Below are positions 45,671-56,036 of a DNA stretch of 64,000 nt, in pieces. The stretch comes from Candidatus Atelocyanobacterium thalassae. Its GTDB lineage: Bacteria > Cyanobacteriota > Cyanobacteriia > Cyanobacteriales > Microcystaceae. Each line of letters opens with the position of its first letter. Position 1 is the first letter of the stretch. The DNA lies in assembly GCA_051971635.1 (NCBI GenBank), contig JBFPLN010000001.1:256001-320000 (forward strand). The letters are read 5' to 3'. The notes under the pieces are model-generated. The model had not been told where the DNA came from, made no database searches, and saw nothing but the letters and a program-made list of their open reading frames with translations. A program made the position numbers and the translations under genes.

Positions 45671-46258
45671 TTAAAGCAAATAAACTAATACAAAAAGAAT
45701 AATCCAAACTACATCGACAAAATGCCAATAAATTTCTGCTGCCTCAACACCAAAATAAGATTCACTTGTATAGTGCCCTTCTTTAGAAGAACGCCACAAA
45801 ACTGCTAATATCAATAACAGACCGAAAGATACATGTAATCCATGAAATCCTGTTAAAACATAAAAACAACTAGCAAATAAATTTGTAGTTAATCCCATTT
45901 CTAAGTGAAAATACTCATACATTTGACCGGCAAGAAAGATAAAACCCATCAAAGCTGTTATTCCGAACCAAAGCCTTAATCTAGAAACATCGTTTTTCTT
46001 AATAGCAGCCTGTCCTTTATGCATAACAAAACTACTAGAAACTAAAATGATGGTATTAATTCCGGGTAGTAGAAGTTCTAATTCTGGCGTTCCTGTAGGT
46101 GGCCAAACAGGCATCACAGTTTTGTAAACTAAGAATGCACTAAATAGTCCTAGGAAAATGGAACTTTCTGCTATTAAGAATAAGACTAAACCGAATAATC
46201 TATGATCATGATGAACATGATTAGTCTCATGAGATTTTTGAATTGCTGAACCTTGCAT
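45671..46258 (-). CDS. ctaE: Cytochrome c oxidase subunit III
   Basis: FLIAES, LTGFHGLHV and YWHFVDVVW motifs. Confidence 0.97.
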   Translation of the reverse strand: MQGSAIQKSHETNHVHHDHRLFGLVLFLIAESSIFLGLFSAFLVYKTVMPVWPPTGTPELELLLPGINTIILVSSSFVMHKGQAAIKKNDVSRLRLWFGITALMGFIFLAGQMYEYFHLEMGLTTNLFASCFYVLTGFHGLHVSFGLLLILAVLWRSSKEGHYTSESYFGVEAAEIYWHFVDVVWIILFVLVYLL

Positions 46259-46378
46259 AACAAATTAAATGTTGAAATGATTTAATGAAGAGCATAAATA
46301 AATGGGAAATGGCAAAGTTGTGTTTCTCTACTACATTTCCCTATGGGCTATCTTTCATAAGAAAGATAGAAATACGAC

Positions 46379-48046
46379 TTATTTAGAGTTAGAACCTGTT
46401 TCAGTAAGGGTATCTCCAAAAACCTTCTCAAAATCGAATTCTTCAGAGTTTAATCCATAATCATATGGACCTGCCCATAGGACTGGTTCTCCATCAAAAT
46501 TTTCAATTGCTGGAGGAGATGATGTCTGCCATTCTAAGGTATACGCTCTCCAAGGATTACGGCTAACTTTTTCACCGTTTAATAAACTAAGGAATATATT
46601 TATAACAAAAGGTAAAGTTGACAGGCCAAGTATATAAGCTCCTATAGTTGCAACCTGATTCAAAGGCTGAAATTGAACATCATATAGTGCTATACGACGA
46701 TTCATTCCTAATAATCCCAATTCATGCATTGGCATAAATGTGATATTTAATCCTATGAATAATAAAGCAAAATGGACTTTTCCAAGAAACTCATTAAACA
46801 TCTTACCTGTCATTTTTGGGAACCAATGGTAAAATCCTGCAAATAATCCCATGGATGCTCCTCCAAAGAGGACATAGTGAAAATGAGCTACCACAAAATA
46901 AGTATCATGGACATGAATGTCAAAGGGAACTGAAGATAACATAACTCCAGTTAATCCACCTAAAGTGAAGATAGTGAGAAATCCGAATCCGAAGAGAAAG
47001 GGAGTATTTAGGTTTATTTTCCCTCCCCAAATAGTTGCGACCCAACCAAATACCTTAATACCTGTGGGGATAGCAATTAACATCGTAGCAGCCATGAAAA
47101 ATATTCTTAACCATCCAGGTATTCCACTAGTAAACATATGGTGTGCCCAAACAATTAGACCAAGAAAACTAATTCCTAAACTAGAGTAAGCGATAGCACG
47201 ATAGCCAAAAATAGGTTTCCTTACATGAACAGGTAAAACTTCAGAAATAACCCCAAAAAAGGGTAAAATCATAATGTAGACTGCTGGATGTGAGTAAAAC
47301 CAAAACATATGTTGATACAGTACTGGATCTCCACCACCTGCAGGATTAAAAAAGCTAGTTCCAGCAATTAAATCAAAAGATAAAAGAACTAATGCTGCAG
47401 CTAAAACAGGAGTAGACAATAAAATCAAAGTAGAGGTTGCCAACATAGACCAACAAAATAATGGCATGCTATGCAAGTCCATCTCTTTGATTCGCATTTT
47501 TAATATAGTGGTTAAAAAATTTATAGATCCTAGAATCGAAGAGGTTCCTATTAATAGAACACTTAAGATCCAGATTTCTTCACCCCATATTCCACTAACT
47601 AAACTTAATGGTGGATAAGAAGTCCATCCAGCTTGTGCGGCTCCACCATCAACAAAAAAGCTTAGTAATAACAGAATGCCTCCTGGTGGTGTTAACCAGA
47701 AAGCTACTGCATTAAGAGTAGGAAAAGCCATGTCTTCAGCCCCAATCATTAAAGGGATTAAATAATTGGCATAAGCTGCTCCTGCAGGTACGATCCACAA
47801 AAAGATCATAATCGTACCATGCATGGTTAAAACTTGGTTATACAAGAAAGGAGTTACAAAATCAGGATCAGGAGTAGCTAATTCTATTCTAAGAACTTCA
47901 GCAAGAGCTCCACCTATAAAATAAAAAAGAAAGGATGTGACTAGATACTGAATTCCAATAACCTTGTGATCTGTACAAAAGGTAAAGTAATCTGTCCATT
48001 TCCTTTGTTGATGTTCTGTTTGGGTTGATTCGATGATGGTTGTCAT
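46379..48046 (-). CDS. ctaD: Cytochrome c oxidase subunit I
   Basis: TMHGTIMIF, GGGDPVLYQHMFWFYSHPAVY, VWAHHMF and VVAHFHYV motifs. Confidence 0.99.
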   Translation of the reverse strand: MTTIIESTQTEHQQRKWTDYFTFCTDHKVIGIQYLVTSFLFYFIGGALAEVLRIELATPDPDFVTPFLYNQVLTMHGTIMIFLWIVPAGAAYANYLIPLMIGAEDMAFPTLNAVAFWLTPPGGILLLLSFFVDGGAAQAGWTSYPPLSLVSGIWGEEIWILSVLLIGTSSILGSINFLTTILKMRIKEMDLHSMPLFCWSMLATSTLILLSTPVLAAALVLLSFDLIAGTSFFNPAGGGDPVLYQHMFWFYSHPAVYIMILPFFGVISEVLPVHVRKPIFGYRAIAYSSLGISFLGLIVWAHHMFTSGIPGWLRIFFMAATMLIAIPTGIKVFGWVATIWGGKINLNTPFLFGFGFLTIFTLGGLTGVMLSSVPFDIHVHDTYFVVAHFHYVLFGGASMGLFAGFYHWFPKMTGKMFNEFLGKVHFALLFIGLNITFMPMHELGLLGMNRRIALYDVQFQPLNQVATIGAYILGLSTLPFVINIFLSLLNGEKVSRNPWRAYTLEWQTSSPPAIENFDGEPVLWAGPYDYGLNSEEFDFEKVFGDTLTETGSNSK

Positions 48047-48120
48047 AGAATTTTAATCAATAAATTAAGCTAAACCTAGATAAAGGATTACAAATAAGAT
48101 TCCGAGTCAAGATTTTAATC

Positions 48121-49059
48121 TTAAGAGTCGTGATGAGGATAATTATTAAGTAGCTCAGCCACAGTATCTTTCTCTGTACTTATATTCTCAGTATAAGGAG
48201 TTAGAAATTTTTCGTTAGGAGAATTATTGTCAATAGTTAAAGTTTTCTCAAGACGTGCTTCTTGAACAGGTTTGTTGGACTTTAGCCATTCATCATAAGC
48301 ATTTTGACTATCAACATGAAGAACAGATTTCATGCCTCCATGATAAGGACCACATAGTTCCGCACAAACAATAGGATAATCTCCTTCAAGTTTAGGAATG
48401 AAAGAAATAATACTTTGACGTCCTGGGATAGTATCTTGTTTTAAGCGTAACTGAGGTACCCAAAAAGCATGAAGTACATCTTTCGCAGTCATATTGAGTT
48501 GAACTGGACGATTATTAGGAACATGAAGTTCACCAGATACAATACCTGTTTCTGGATACGTAAAAAGCCAAGCATATTGCATAGCTTTAACATCTACCAA
48601 TAAAGCATCTTTTCCAAATGACTTTCCAATTCCTAGAGCTACCTGATCATCAGGACTATTTATTGCTATTTGTTGAGGGGGATAGTTTTTAGTATTAACA
48701 GGATCCAGACCTCCAAGCTTGTTATAAGTTTGAAAACTATAAAAAGCAAGAACAAAAACAATCAATACAGGAATGGTTGTCCATACTATTTCTAAAGCAA
48801 CATTTCCTTCAATATGAGGTCCATCACTAGTATCTCCTTTCCGACGACGAAATTTGAAAAGACTATAAACTAAAGCCCCTTCCACCAAGAGGAAAAGTCC
48901 TGTAGCAATAGTCATCATAAAATTAAATAATTTATCCACTTCTTCTGCATTTTCAGAAGCGGCTACTGGCATTAATCCATGATTTTGACCATACCAGAGA
49001 CTGATTAATGTGATAAGAACACCAGCTATAAGGGTGATAATACTACTTGGGATGTTCAC
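48121..49059 (-). CDS. ctaC: Cytochrome c oxidase subunit II
   Basis: LEIVWT, DVLHAFWVP and CuA motif CAELCGPYHGGM; GTG start. Confidence 0.98.
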   Translation of the reverse strand: MNIPSSIITLIAGVLITLISLWYGQNHGLMPVAASENAEEVDKLFNFMMTIATGLFLLVEGALVYSLFKFRRRKGDTSDGPHIEGNVALEIVWTTIPVLIVFVLAFYSFQTYNKLGGLDPVNTKNYPPQQIAINSPDDQVALGIGKSFGKDALLVDVKAMQYAWLFTYPETGIVSGELHVPNNRPVQLNMTAKDVLHAFWVPQLRLKQDTIPGRQSIISFIPKLEGDYPIVCAELCGPYHGGMKSVLHVDSQNAYDEWLKSNKPVQEARLEKTLTIDNNSPNEKFLTPYTENISTEKDTVAELLNNYPHHDS

Positions 49060-49420
49060 GGCTATTAAATAAATTAGACGATTACCTATTTAATAAGATT
49101 AAAGCTAAGTCTTTAAAAAAATTGTTTTTTTACAACATATCTACTAATCTTTTTTATTTCTTTAGGATCTAATTAAGTTATGACCCATATGATTTAGGAA
49201 GATACAACTAGATATAATTACTAACTTTTTTGCAAAAGAATATTTAAATAAATATTTCATATACTGTATTCTATGATTAAATAGCAAAGAGAAATCTTGC
49301 ATTAGAATTAACAAATTAAATTTGTTTTAAAAAATTAGAAATAATTTTAGTTATAGCTAATATTCTTTAAAGCATAATTTGAGAATTTTTTCATTTATTA
49401 TTGTCTTCATTGTTTAAAAT

Positions 49421-50185
49421 ATGGAAACTCAACAACATAAATTTAACTTAATTACTAATATTACTGGAGAGCCTTATCAACCAGCTAGACTATACTATAA
49501 AGTATCTAATAAGGAATCAGTTTTAAATATTTTTCGTAAATTACAATGTTTAGAGTTTCATTCTTCAAGTGATCGCTGGTATTGGTTTTATTCTGAAGAG
49601 GCAAAAAAAATTCGATTCGAAAAATCTCATAACAAAATTTCTAAGGAAAATGGTAATGTTTCTTTAGGATATTTTATTTTTCTGAATGATCAGACAATGA
49701 TCCTAGAAGTTCGTTCTTTTCAAAGAGTGATAGCAGCGATAAACTTTTTTAGAACCAGACTTAATTGGCGTATAGGAGAACCGGTCAAATTACGTTTAGT
49801 AAATAAATTATTTAGTTGTTCACCTGAAGAAAATCCTCAGCCGCCTAGTTCCTTTTCAGACTTTTTTGATCAAGACAGCGATAATATAGTTACACATAAT
49901 CCTGAAGATTTAGCTAAAGAGATAGAACTTATAAGTAGTCAACATACAACTGAAGTAGAAAAAGATGAAGCAATTGCTAGTTATATGGAAAATAAGTCTA
50001 AACATCCTTTATCTGAAATTGAAGAAATCACAGTTAATATTCATAATCATGGATTATCAATTTTAGAAATGGCATTAAAAATGAGACAAATTGAGGCTTG
50101 GGAACATTGGCAAGGTAATCAACATTTTACTCAATATGATTTAATTCAAAAGATACTGAAACATATACCAAGCAATGATTCTTAA
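49421..50185 (+). CDS. Hypothetical protein
   Basis: 254-aa uninterrupted ORF (TGEPYQPARLYY, EVRSFQR, AWEHWQGN) followed by a hairpin. Confidence 0.8.
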   Translation: METQQHKFNLITNITGEPYQPARLYYKVSNKESVLNIFRKLQCLEFHSSSDRWYWFYSEEAKKIRFEKSHNKISKENGNVSLGYFIFLNDQTMILEVRSFQRVIAAINFFRTRLNWRIGEPVKLRLVNKLFSCSPEENPQPPSSFSDFFDQDSDNIVTHNPEDLAKEIELISSQHTTEVEKDEAIASYMENKSKHPLSEIEEITVNIHNHGLSILEMALKMRQIEAWEHWQGNQHFTQYDLIQKILKHIPSNDS

Positions 50186-50187
50186 AA

Positions 50188-50233
50188 AGTGATAATAGAT
50201 TAAAAATATAAATACTTTTAATCTATTATCACT
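50188..50233 (+). terminator. Perfect 18-bp-arm hairpin
   Basis: AGTGATAATAGATTAAAA / TTTTAATCTATTATCACT, 2 nt after the stop. Confidence 0.7.
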
Positions 50234-50335
50234 ATATATATGTGTTAACCATGACATAATAAAGGAATAATTTTCACGATAAACGGTTAAGTAGTTCCTA
50301 TTTAATCGTATAAAAATAAATCACACTCTTAATAT

Positions 50336-51691
50336 ATGAGTCAACAAAATAATCTTATTAAGCTAAATATAGTTGACATAAACAATAATGGTGAAGGCGT
50401 AGGTAAGTTTGAAGAAAAAATTATTTTTGTTCCTAATACAGTTACAGGAGACGTTGTCTTAGTACATCTAGATTTTATTAAGCGACAATATGCATATGGA
50501 AAAGTAAAAGAAATTATTCACTTTTCTCCTTATAGAACTCGTCCGAGCTGTATTGTTGCAGACAAATGTGGTGGTTGCCAATGGCAACATATTTCTTCTG
50601 AGTATCAGCTTTATATCAAACAGAATAAAGTTATTCAATCTTTAAAAAGAATAGGTGGATTTAAAAATATTTCTGTTTTACCAATTTTGTCATCACCAGA
50701 GATATTTGGTTACCGGAACAAAGCTACCTATCCTCTGAGTTCTTCAAAATCTGGGAATGTGCATGCAGGATACTATCAACGCTATACACATAAATCAATT
50801 AATCTTAACCAATGTCCAATACAAGATTCTCGACTAAATCCTTTTTTGGCTGAAATTAAATTAGATATAGAAAAGCAAGGATGGACTATTTATAATGAAC
50901 GAACTCATCAGGGACAACTACGCCATTTAGCTTTACGTATTGGCCAAAGTACTGGCGAAATTTTATTAACTTTAATCAGTACTAGTGGCGATATTGCTAA
51001 AATTAAAAAGCAGGCGAAACTATGGTTAGAAAAGTATCCAAATTTGGTTGGAGTTTTGATAAATCAGAACCCTGAAAAGAGTAATAAGATTTTTGGGAAT
51101 AAAACTTTAAGTGTTGCTGGAAAGTCTTTTTTAAAAGAAAATTTTTTTAATATTGATTTCAAGCTAAGACCTGATACATTTTTTCAAGTTAATACCCAGG
51201 CTGCAGAAACGCTATTGCATTCTTTATTAGATAATTTAATATTAACTGGTAAAGAGAAAATAGTTGATGCTTATTGTGGAATTGGCACTTTTACTCTACC
51301 CCTTGCAAAAAGAGTTAGTCATGTTACTGGAATCGAAATTAGTTATGATTCTATTGAACAGGCTAAAATGAATGCTAAAGTAAACAATATAGATAATGCA
51401 GTATTTTACCAAGGTGCAGTAAAAGATATATTACCTTCACTCAATATTTATCCTGACATTGTTTTGTTAGATCCTCCGCGAAAAGGTTGCGAAGATAGTG
51501 TTATAGAAATATTAAGAAAAGTTTGCCCACCTTTGATAATCTATATAAGTTGTCAACCCTCAACATTAGCTCGTGATTTAAAAAAAATATGCCATCAAAA
51601 TTTATATAAGATTTTATGGATACAACCAGTTGACTTTTTCCCTCAAACACCTCACGTAGAATCAATTGTAGCAATTAGACGTATAGTTTAA
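50336..51691 (+). CDS. rlmD: 23S rRNA m5U1939 methyltransferase
   Basis: TRAM domain, CGGCQWQH, FFQVN, DAYCGIG, LDPPRKG, YISC and FPQTPHVE motifs. Confidence 0.94.
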   Translation: MSQQNNLIKLNIVDINNNGEGVGKFEEKIIFVPNTVTGDVVLVHLDFIKRQYAYGKVKEIIHFSPYRTRPSCIVADKCGGCQWQHISSEYQLYIKQNKVIQSLKRIGGFKNISVLPILSSPEIFGYRNKATYPLSSSKSGNVHAGYYQRYTHKSINLNQCPIQDSRLNPFLAEIKLDIEKQGWTIYNERTHQGQLRHLALRIGQSTGEILLTLISTSGDIAKIKKQAKLWLEKYPNLVGVLINQNPEKSNKIFGNKTLSVAGKSFLKENFFNIDFKLRPDTFFQVNTQAAETLLHSLLDNLILTGKEKIVDAYCGIGTFTLPLAKRVSHVTGIEISYDSIEQAKMNAKVNNIDNAVFYQGAVKDILPSLNIYPDIVLLDPPRKGCEDSVIEILRKVCPPLIIYISCQPSTLARDLKKICHQNLYKILWIQPVDFFPQTPHVESIVAIRRIV

Positions 51692-51870
51692 TATAATGTT
51701 ACATTAGATAAAGTCGGCTTAATAATATTTCTCATATATCAAAATTTATCATTAGATTTATTACTTGAAAGACTAGTAAATCTAAGTTGAAGAAAATAAA
51801 CAATTACTGAGAAGATTACGATTAGCTAAGGGTTAAATTTCGTAACATATTATTCAAGAGGTGACAGCAG

Positions 51871-52362
51871 ATGGTTGCTATTTCCCTACCGCCAACAAAG
51901 CGATATGGTCGTACAATGAGCTTCACATCAACGTTATATCTATTCCCAATTCTTGACTTATTATTAACTGAAGTTCCAGACGAATTGAGGCCAGAAATAA
52001 GATTAGGCTTACAAGAAGCACTCGTTAATGCAGCAAAACATGGCAATAAACTTGATCCATCAAAATTTATTGTTGTTCAATTTTTTATAAATGAAAATGA
52101 TGGATACTCATGGATAATATCTGATCAAGGAGTAGGGTTCACTTCTCATAATAACTATAAAGAATGTACGAAGAAAGGGTTCCCTTCCGATGATTCTGAA
52201 AATGGCAGAGGCTTTTATGTACTTAATGAAGTTTTTGACCAAGTCCATTGGGATCAAAAAAATACTCAATTAAGATTATCTAAACATATCAAAAAAATTA
52301 AAACAACAACTTTTTCTTTTTTTACGTTGTTTTTAAATGAGTTTAGATTAAAAATTTATTAG
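51871..52362 (+). CDS. pmgA: PmgA, anti-sigma-factor-like HATPase protein
   Basis: SFTSTLYL.PILDLLL, RLGLQEALVNAAKHGN, DQGVGF and ENGRG motifs; GAGGTG upstream. Confidence 0.85.
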   Translation: MVAISLPPTKRYGRTMSFTSTLYLFPILDLLLTEVPDELRPEIRLGLQEALVNAAKHGNKLDPSKFIVVQFFINENDGYSWIISDQGVGFTSHNNYKECTKKGFPSDDSENGRGFYVLNEVFDQVHWDQKNTQLRLSKHIKKIKTTTFSFFTLFLNEFRLKIY

Positions 52363-52547
52363 TCCAAGAAAAAATGAGACTATCAATATAAGCTGACCAC
52401 ATATGTTAAATGTTGTAATTTCTCGTTCTGACACTTATACATTAATTACCACTAGTAAATTAATTACCTAAATATGGAGCTTGAATCATGATGCTCATAC
52501 GTTACAATAAAATGATATTAAATTTAAAGATAAGTAAAACTAGTTAA

Positions 52548-53537
52548 GTGGCAAAAATATTAGTAACGGGAGCAGCTGGTTTCATTGGATTCCATTTGAG
52601 TCAATATCTTCTAAAAAATAATAATATTATTATTGGTATTGATAACTTAAATTCTTATTATGAAGTTTCACTAAAAAAAGCACGCCTTGATCAGCTTAGA
52701 GCTAAAAAAAATTTTACTTTCTATTTAGTAGATATAGCTAATCGAAAACATGTTTCTCAAATATTTACTGAACACAAATTTGATTACGTTGTTCATTTAG
52801 CTGCCCAAGCTGGTGTTCGTTATTCTATAGAAAATCCATATACTTATGTAGATAGTAATCTAACTGGTTTTGTTAATATTTTAGAAGAATGTCGTTACGG
52901 AGATATTAAACATTTAGTTTACGCTTCGTCTAGTTCTGTATATGGAGCTAACAAAAAAATTCCTTTTTCCATTTCAGACAATGTTGATCATCCTTTAAGT
53001 TTATATGCAGCTACAAAAAAAGCTAATGAATTAATGGCATATACTTATAGTCATCTATACAAGATTCCCACAACAGGACTACGTTTCTTTACAGTTTATG
53101 GCCCTTGGGGAAGACCAGATATGGCATACTTCTTATTTACAAAATCAATATTATCAGGCCAGCCTATTAATGTTTTTAATCAAGGCAACATGAAGAGAGA
53201 TTTTACGTATATTGAAGATATTGTTGAAGGAGTTACAAAAGTTATATATAAGGTTCCTATAAACTCTAAAGCCAATGGGATAGAATCACAAGTGCCATAT
53301 AGAATTTATAATATCGGTAATAATACGCCAGTAGATCTTAAACATTTTATCGAAATATTAGAAAAATGCTTAGAACGTCAGGCTATTAAAAAATATTTAC
53401 CAATGCAGCCAGGAGATGTGCCAATTACCTATGCAAATATAGATAATTTAGCCAAAGATATAGGCTTTAAACCTAGTACCAACTTAGCGACAGGTTTAGA
53501 AAAATTTGTAAGCTGGTATCGAGAATACTACAAGTAA
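52548..53537 (+). CDS. NAD-dependent epimerase (UDP-glucuronate 4-epimerase-like)
   Basis: TGAAGFIG, HLAAQAGVRYS, YAATK and YGPWGRPDMA motifs; GTG start. Confidence 0.93.
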   Translation: MAKILVTGAAGFIGFHLSQYLLKNNNIIIGIDNLNSYYEVSLKKARLDQLRAKKNFTFYLVDIANRKHVSQIFTEHKFDYVVHLAAQAGVRYSIENPYTYVDSNLTGFVNILEECRYGDIKHLVYASSSSVYGANKKIPFSISDNVDHPLSLYAATKKANELMAYTYSHLYKIPTTGLRFFTVYGPWGRPDMAYFLFTKSILSGQPINVFNQGNMKRDFTYIEDIVEGVTKVIYKVPINSKANGIESQVPYRIYNIGNNTPVDLKHFIEILEKCLERQAIKKYLPMQPGDVPITYANIDNLAKDIGFKPSTNLATGLEKFVSWYREYYK

Positions 53538-53547
53538 TATTAAAAAA

Positions 53548-54534
53548 TTAATAGTTTTTAAAATATTGGTAAATGGCCTTGGAAAATTTTTGAATTAATT
53601 CTCTACCAGCAGGGTCGTCATAATTTCTTTCTGCAAAAATTGCTCCAATATAACGTTTTCCAGTTGGCATATCAATAATACCTGCATCCGCAATAATAGT
53701 GCCAATATCCCCAGTCTTATGAGCAATGCTTGCACTTTTTTCTAATCCCTTTGGTAGTAAAGTTTTTGTCCTTGTTTCCCTCATAATATTTAAGAAGCGA
53801 TCACGCGATCTTAAACTAATTAAATCTCCTCTTTCTATTCTTAATAAAAGTTTAGTTAAATCTTCAGGACTTGTTTTATTAGTACCATTTAAATCTGGTA
53901 AGGAATTATTAATAATTGTTTGTTTCATTCCCCACTTTTTAAAGCGTTCATTTAAAAAAAATTTTCCACCAATCTGTCTTACTAATAGTTCAGTAGCTGT
54001 ATTATCACTAATAATAATCATTTTTCTAGCGATTTCTAGAGCAGTAAATTGTTTACCTGCTTGCATATATTGCATATTTCCTGAGCCACCAACGATCATA
54101 TCTTTATCCATAGTTATCATTTCATTAAGAGATATATCTCCAGCATCAACCTTTTCAAAAAAAGCTATTAAGATAGGAATCTTAATAGTACTAGCTGCAG
54201 ATATAGATTTAGTACCGTCAAAATTAACATAAGTATTACTATCTAAGTCAAAAAACCATGCCTTAGGTTCAACCTTTGGATATTTTTTATTAATATTTTC
54301 TAATTGTTTTTTAAGGGTAGTTAATTCTTTTCCTGTAAACTCATTATTATTACTAAGATATGTCGTTGAATAAGAAGAAGTCTTGTATTTAGAATTCAAC
54401 ACTGGAAGTATTGTACCTATAATTATTCCAATACCAGCCCCAATTACGCTAAGACGTATTATGTATATAAAAATCTTACTTAATATGTTAGAAGAAAGTA
54501 TCGTAATTAATTTACGGTATTTTACATGATTCAT
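53548..54534 (-). CDS. Class A beta-lactamase-like serine hydrolase (PBP-A type) with N-terminal anchor
   Basis: SxxK (ASTIK), SDN and HKTG motifs. Confidence 0.9.
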   Translation of the reverse strand: MNHVKYRKLITILSSNILSKIFIYIIRLSVIGAGIGIIIGTILPVLNSKYKTSSYSTTYLSNNNEFTGKELTTLKKQLENINKKYPKVEPKAWFFDLDSNTYVNFDGTKSISAASTIKIPILIAFFEKVDAGDISLNEMITMDKDMIVGGSGNMQYMQAGKQFTALEIARKMIIISDNTATELLVRQIGGKFFLNERFKKWGMKQTIINNSLPDLNGTNKTSPEDLTKLLLRIERGDLISLRSRDRFLNIMRETRTKTLLPKGLEKSASIAHKTGDIGTIIADAGIIDMPTGKRYIGAIFAERNYDDPAGRELIQKFSKAIYQYFKNY

Positions 54535-55057
54535 AAATTTTTTTTTAATCTGTAACTTTATAACATAATTATATTCTTATTCAGATAAGTCACTAAATTA
54601 AAATCTATGAGGCTCTTAATTAATAGTAAAAAGTCTAAAATAAATTTCATGTACTTAAAAAATTAAGGCTATATGGTTCTTAGCTTTACAAAGAATTATA
54701 TAGCCTTAATAATCAGTTTAAAAGAATACTTTTTTAATTTATTTTACTTATACTAAAATAATTTTAAATGGTTGAAGCTTATTGTCTGTATATCTTATAT
54801 ACGTATATGTGGCATTGATAATATATAAATTTTCGATATAATTCTAGAATCTATTAAAAACATAGTTGAGTCTTAGTTATACCCTACTAAAAATAGATAA
54901 ATAATAAAAGTTACCTAAGTCAAAAAAATCAAGAACTGTTGAATCTCTATATTAGAGTAAGAATATTAATTACCTAGATTAAAGTAAAGCCCATATTTAC
55001 AATGGGCCCAATTATTAACTGGTTAATTTTAAATTAAAAACTAAACAAAAAGAATTT

Positions 55058-55507
55058 TTACTCACATAACCAACTTTTTAATGTAGGTTCCCAACTAATT
55101 AACTCTTTTTCATTAAACCAGAGATCTATTTCTCTTTCGGCAGTTGTAATAGCGTCAGAGCCGTGAACTAAATTTCGACCTACATTTATACCAAGATCTC
55201 CACGAATACTTCCCGAATCAGCTTCTAAAGGATTTGTTGCTCCAATTATTTTTCTAGAAGATGCTACAACTCCTTCACCTTCCCATACCATTGCTATGAC
55301 AGGAGAAGAACATATAAATTCAACTAAATCTCTAAAAAAGGGGCGTTCTTTGTGAATATCATAATGTTCTTCTGCTAGCTCTTTGCTAACCGATACTAGT
55401 TTAAGTCCTAATAAAGTAAATCCTTTAAGTTCAAAACGACTGATAATTTCACTAATCAATTTTCGTTGTACACCATCAGGTTTAATCATAATAAATGTAC
55501 GTTCCAT
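55058..55507 (-). CDS. ndk: Nucleoside diphosphate kinase
   Basis: [19 protein letters not shown] and RNLVHGSD motifs; AGGAG upstream. Confidence 0.99.
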   Translation of the reverse strand: MERTFIMIKPDGVQRKLISEIISRFELKGFTLLGLKLVSVSKELAEEHYDIHKERPFFRDLVEFICSSPVIAMVWEGEGVVASSRKIIGATNPLEADSGSIRGDLGINVGRNLVHGSDAITTAEREIDLWFNEKELISWEPTLKSWLCE

Positions 55508-56036
55508 TTACTTGCTCCTTTAAATTAAATAAACATAATAATTGTTCTTTAAAATTTTATAGTAATATCTTAATATTTAGGTAGTTTTTTATATAAATAG
55601 TAACTTTTTTAAAGTTTCATGATTAATGAAATATATCAACTTTATTCAAACAATAATTATATTAAAATATATGCTGTGAAGATATTATTAGATAAGTTTT
55701 ACATCAGCCAACTAACATATATATTATAAGTTTAACTTGATCATTATCTTAACTTTATCAGTATTTTATTTTCTATCTTTATCAAAAAATAATCTTATAA
55801 GCTATTATGTTTAATAAGTTATCGTAATATCTTAAAATGTTTTATAACTATTTGAGAAGTGTTGTACTGGTAATTGTAAAGATAAGTCTTTAGCCTTTGA
55901 TTTTTATGGAAAAGGTATGCATATTTTTATATTTGTCTAACTAAATAAATATTTTTTCAAGTAAAACTATAAAAATTAAATATCTATTTCTTCGCATATA
56001 TGGTAATAATATTGATAGCTCTATTGATTATTAATA

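Noticed and set aside
34009..47189. Track ORFs 34009-34191, 34777-34962, 42819-43136, 43392-43577 and 46917-47189
   Set aside because: Antisense or alternate-frame shadows of well-supported genes
53548..54534. Antibiotic-resistance beta-lactamase
   Set aside because: Membrane-anchored class A-like serine hydrolases are common cyanobacterial housekeeping proteins; no mobile context
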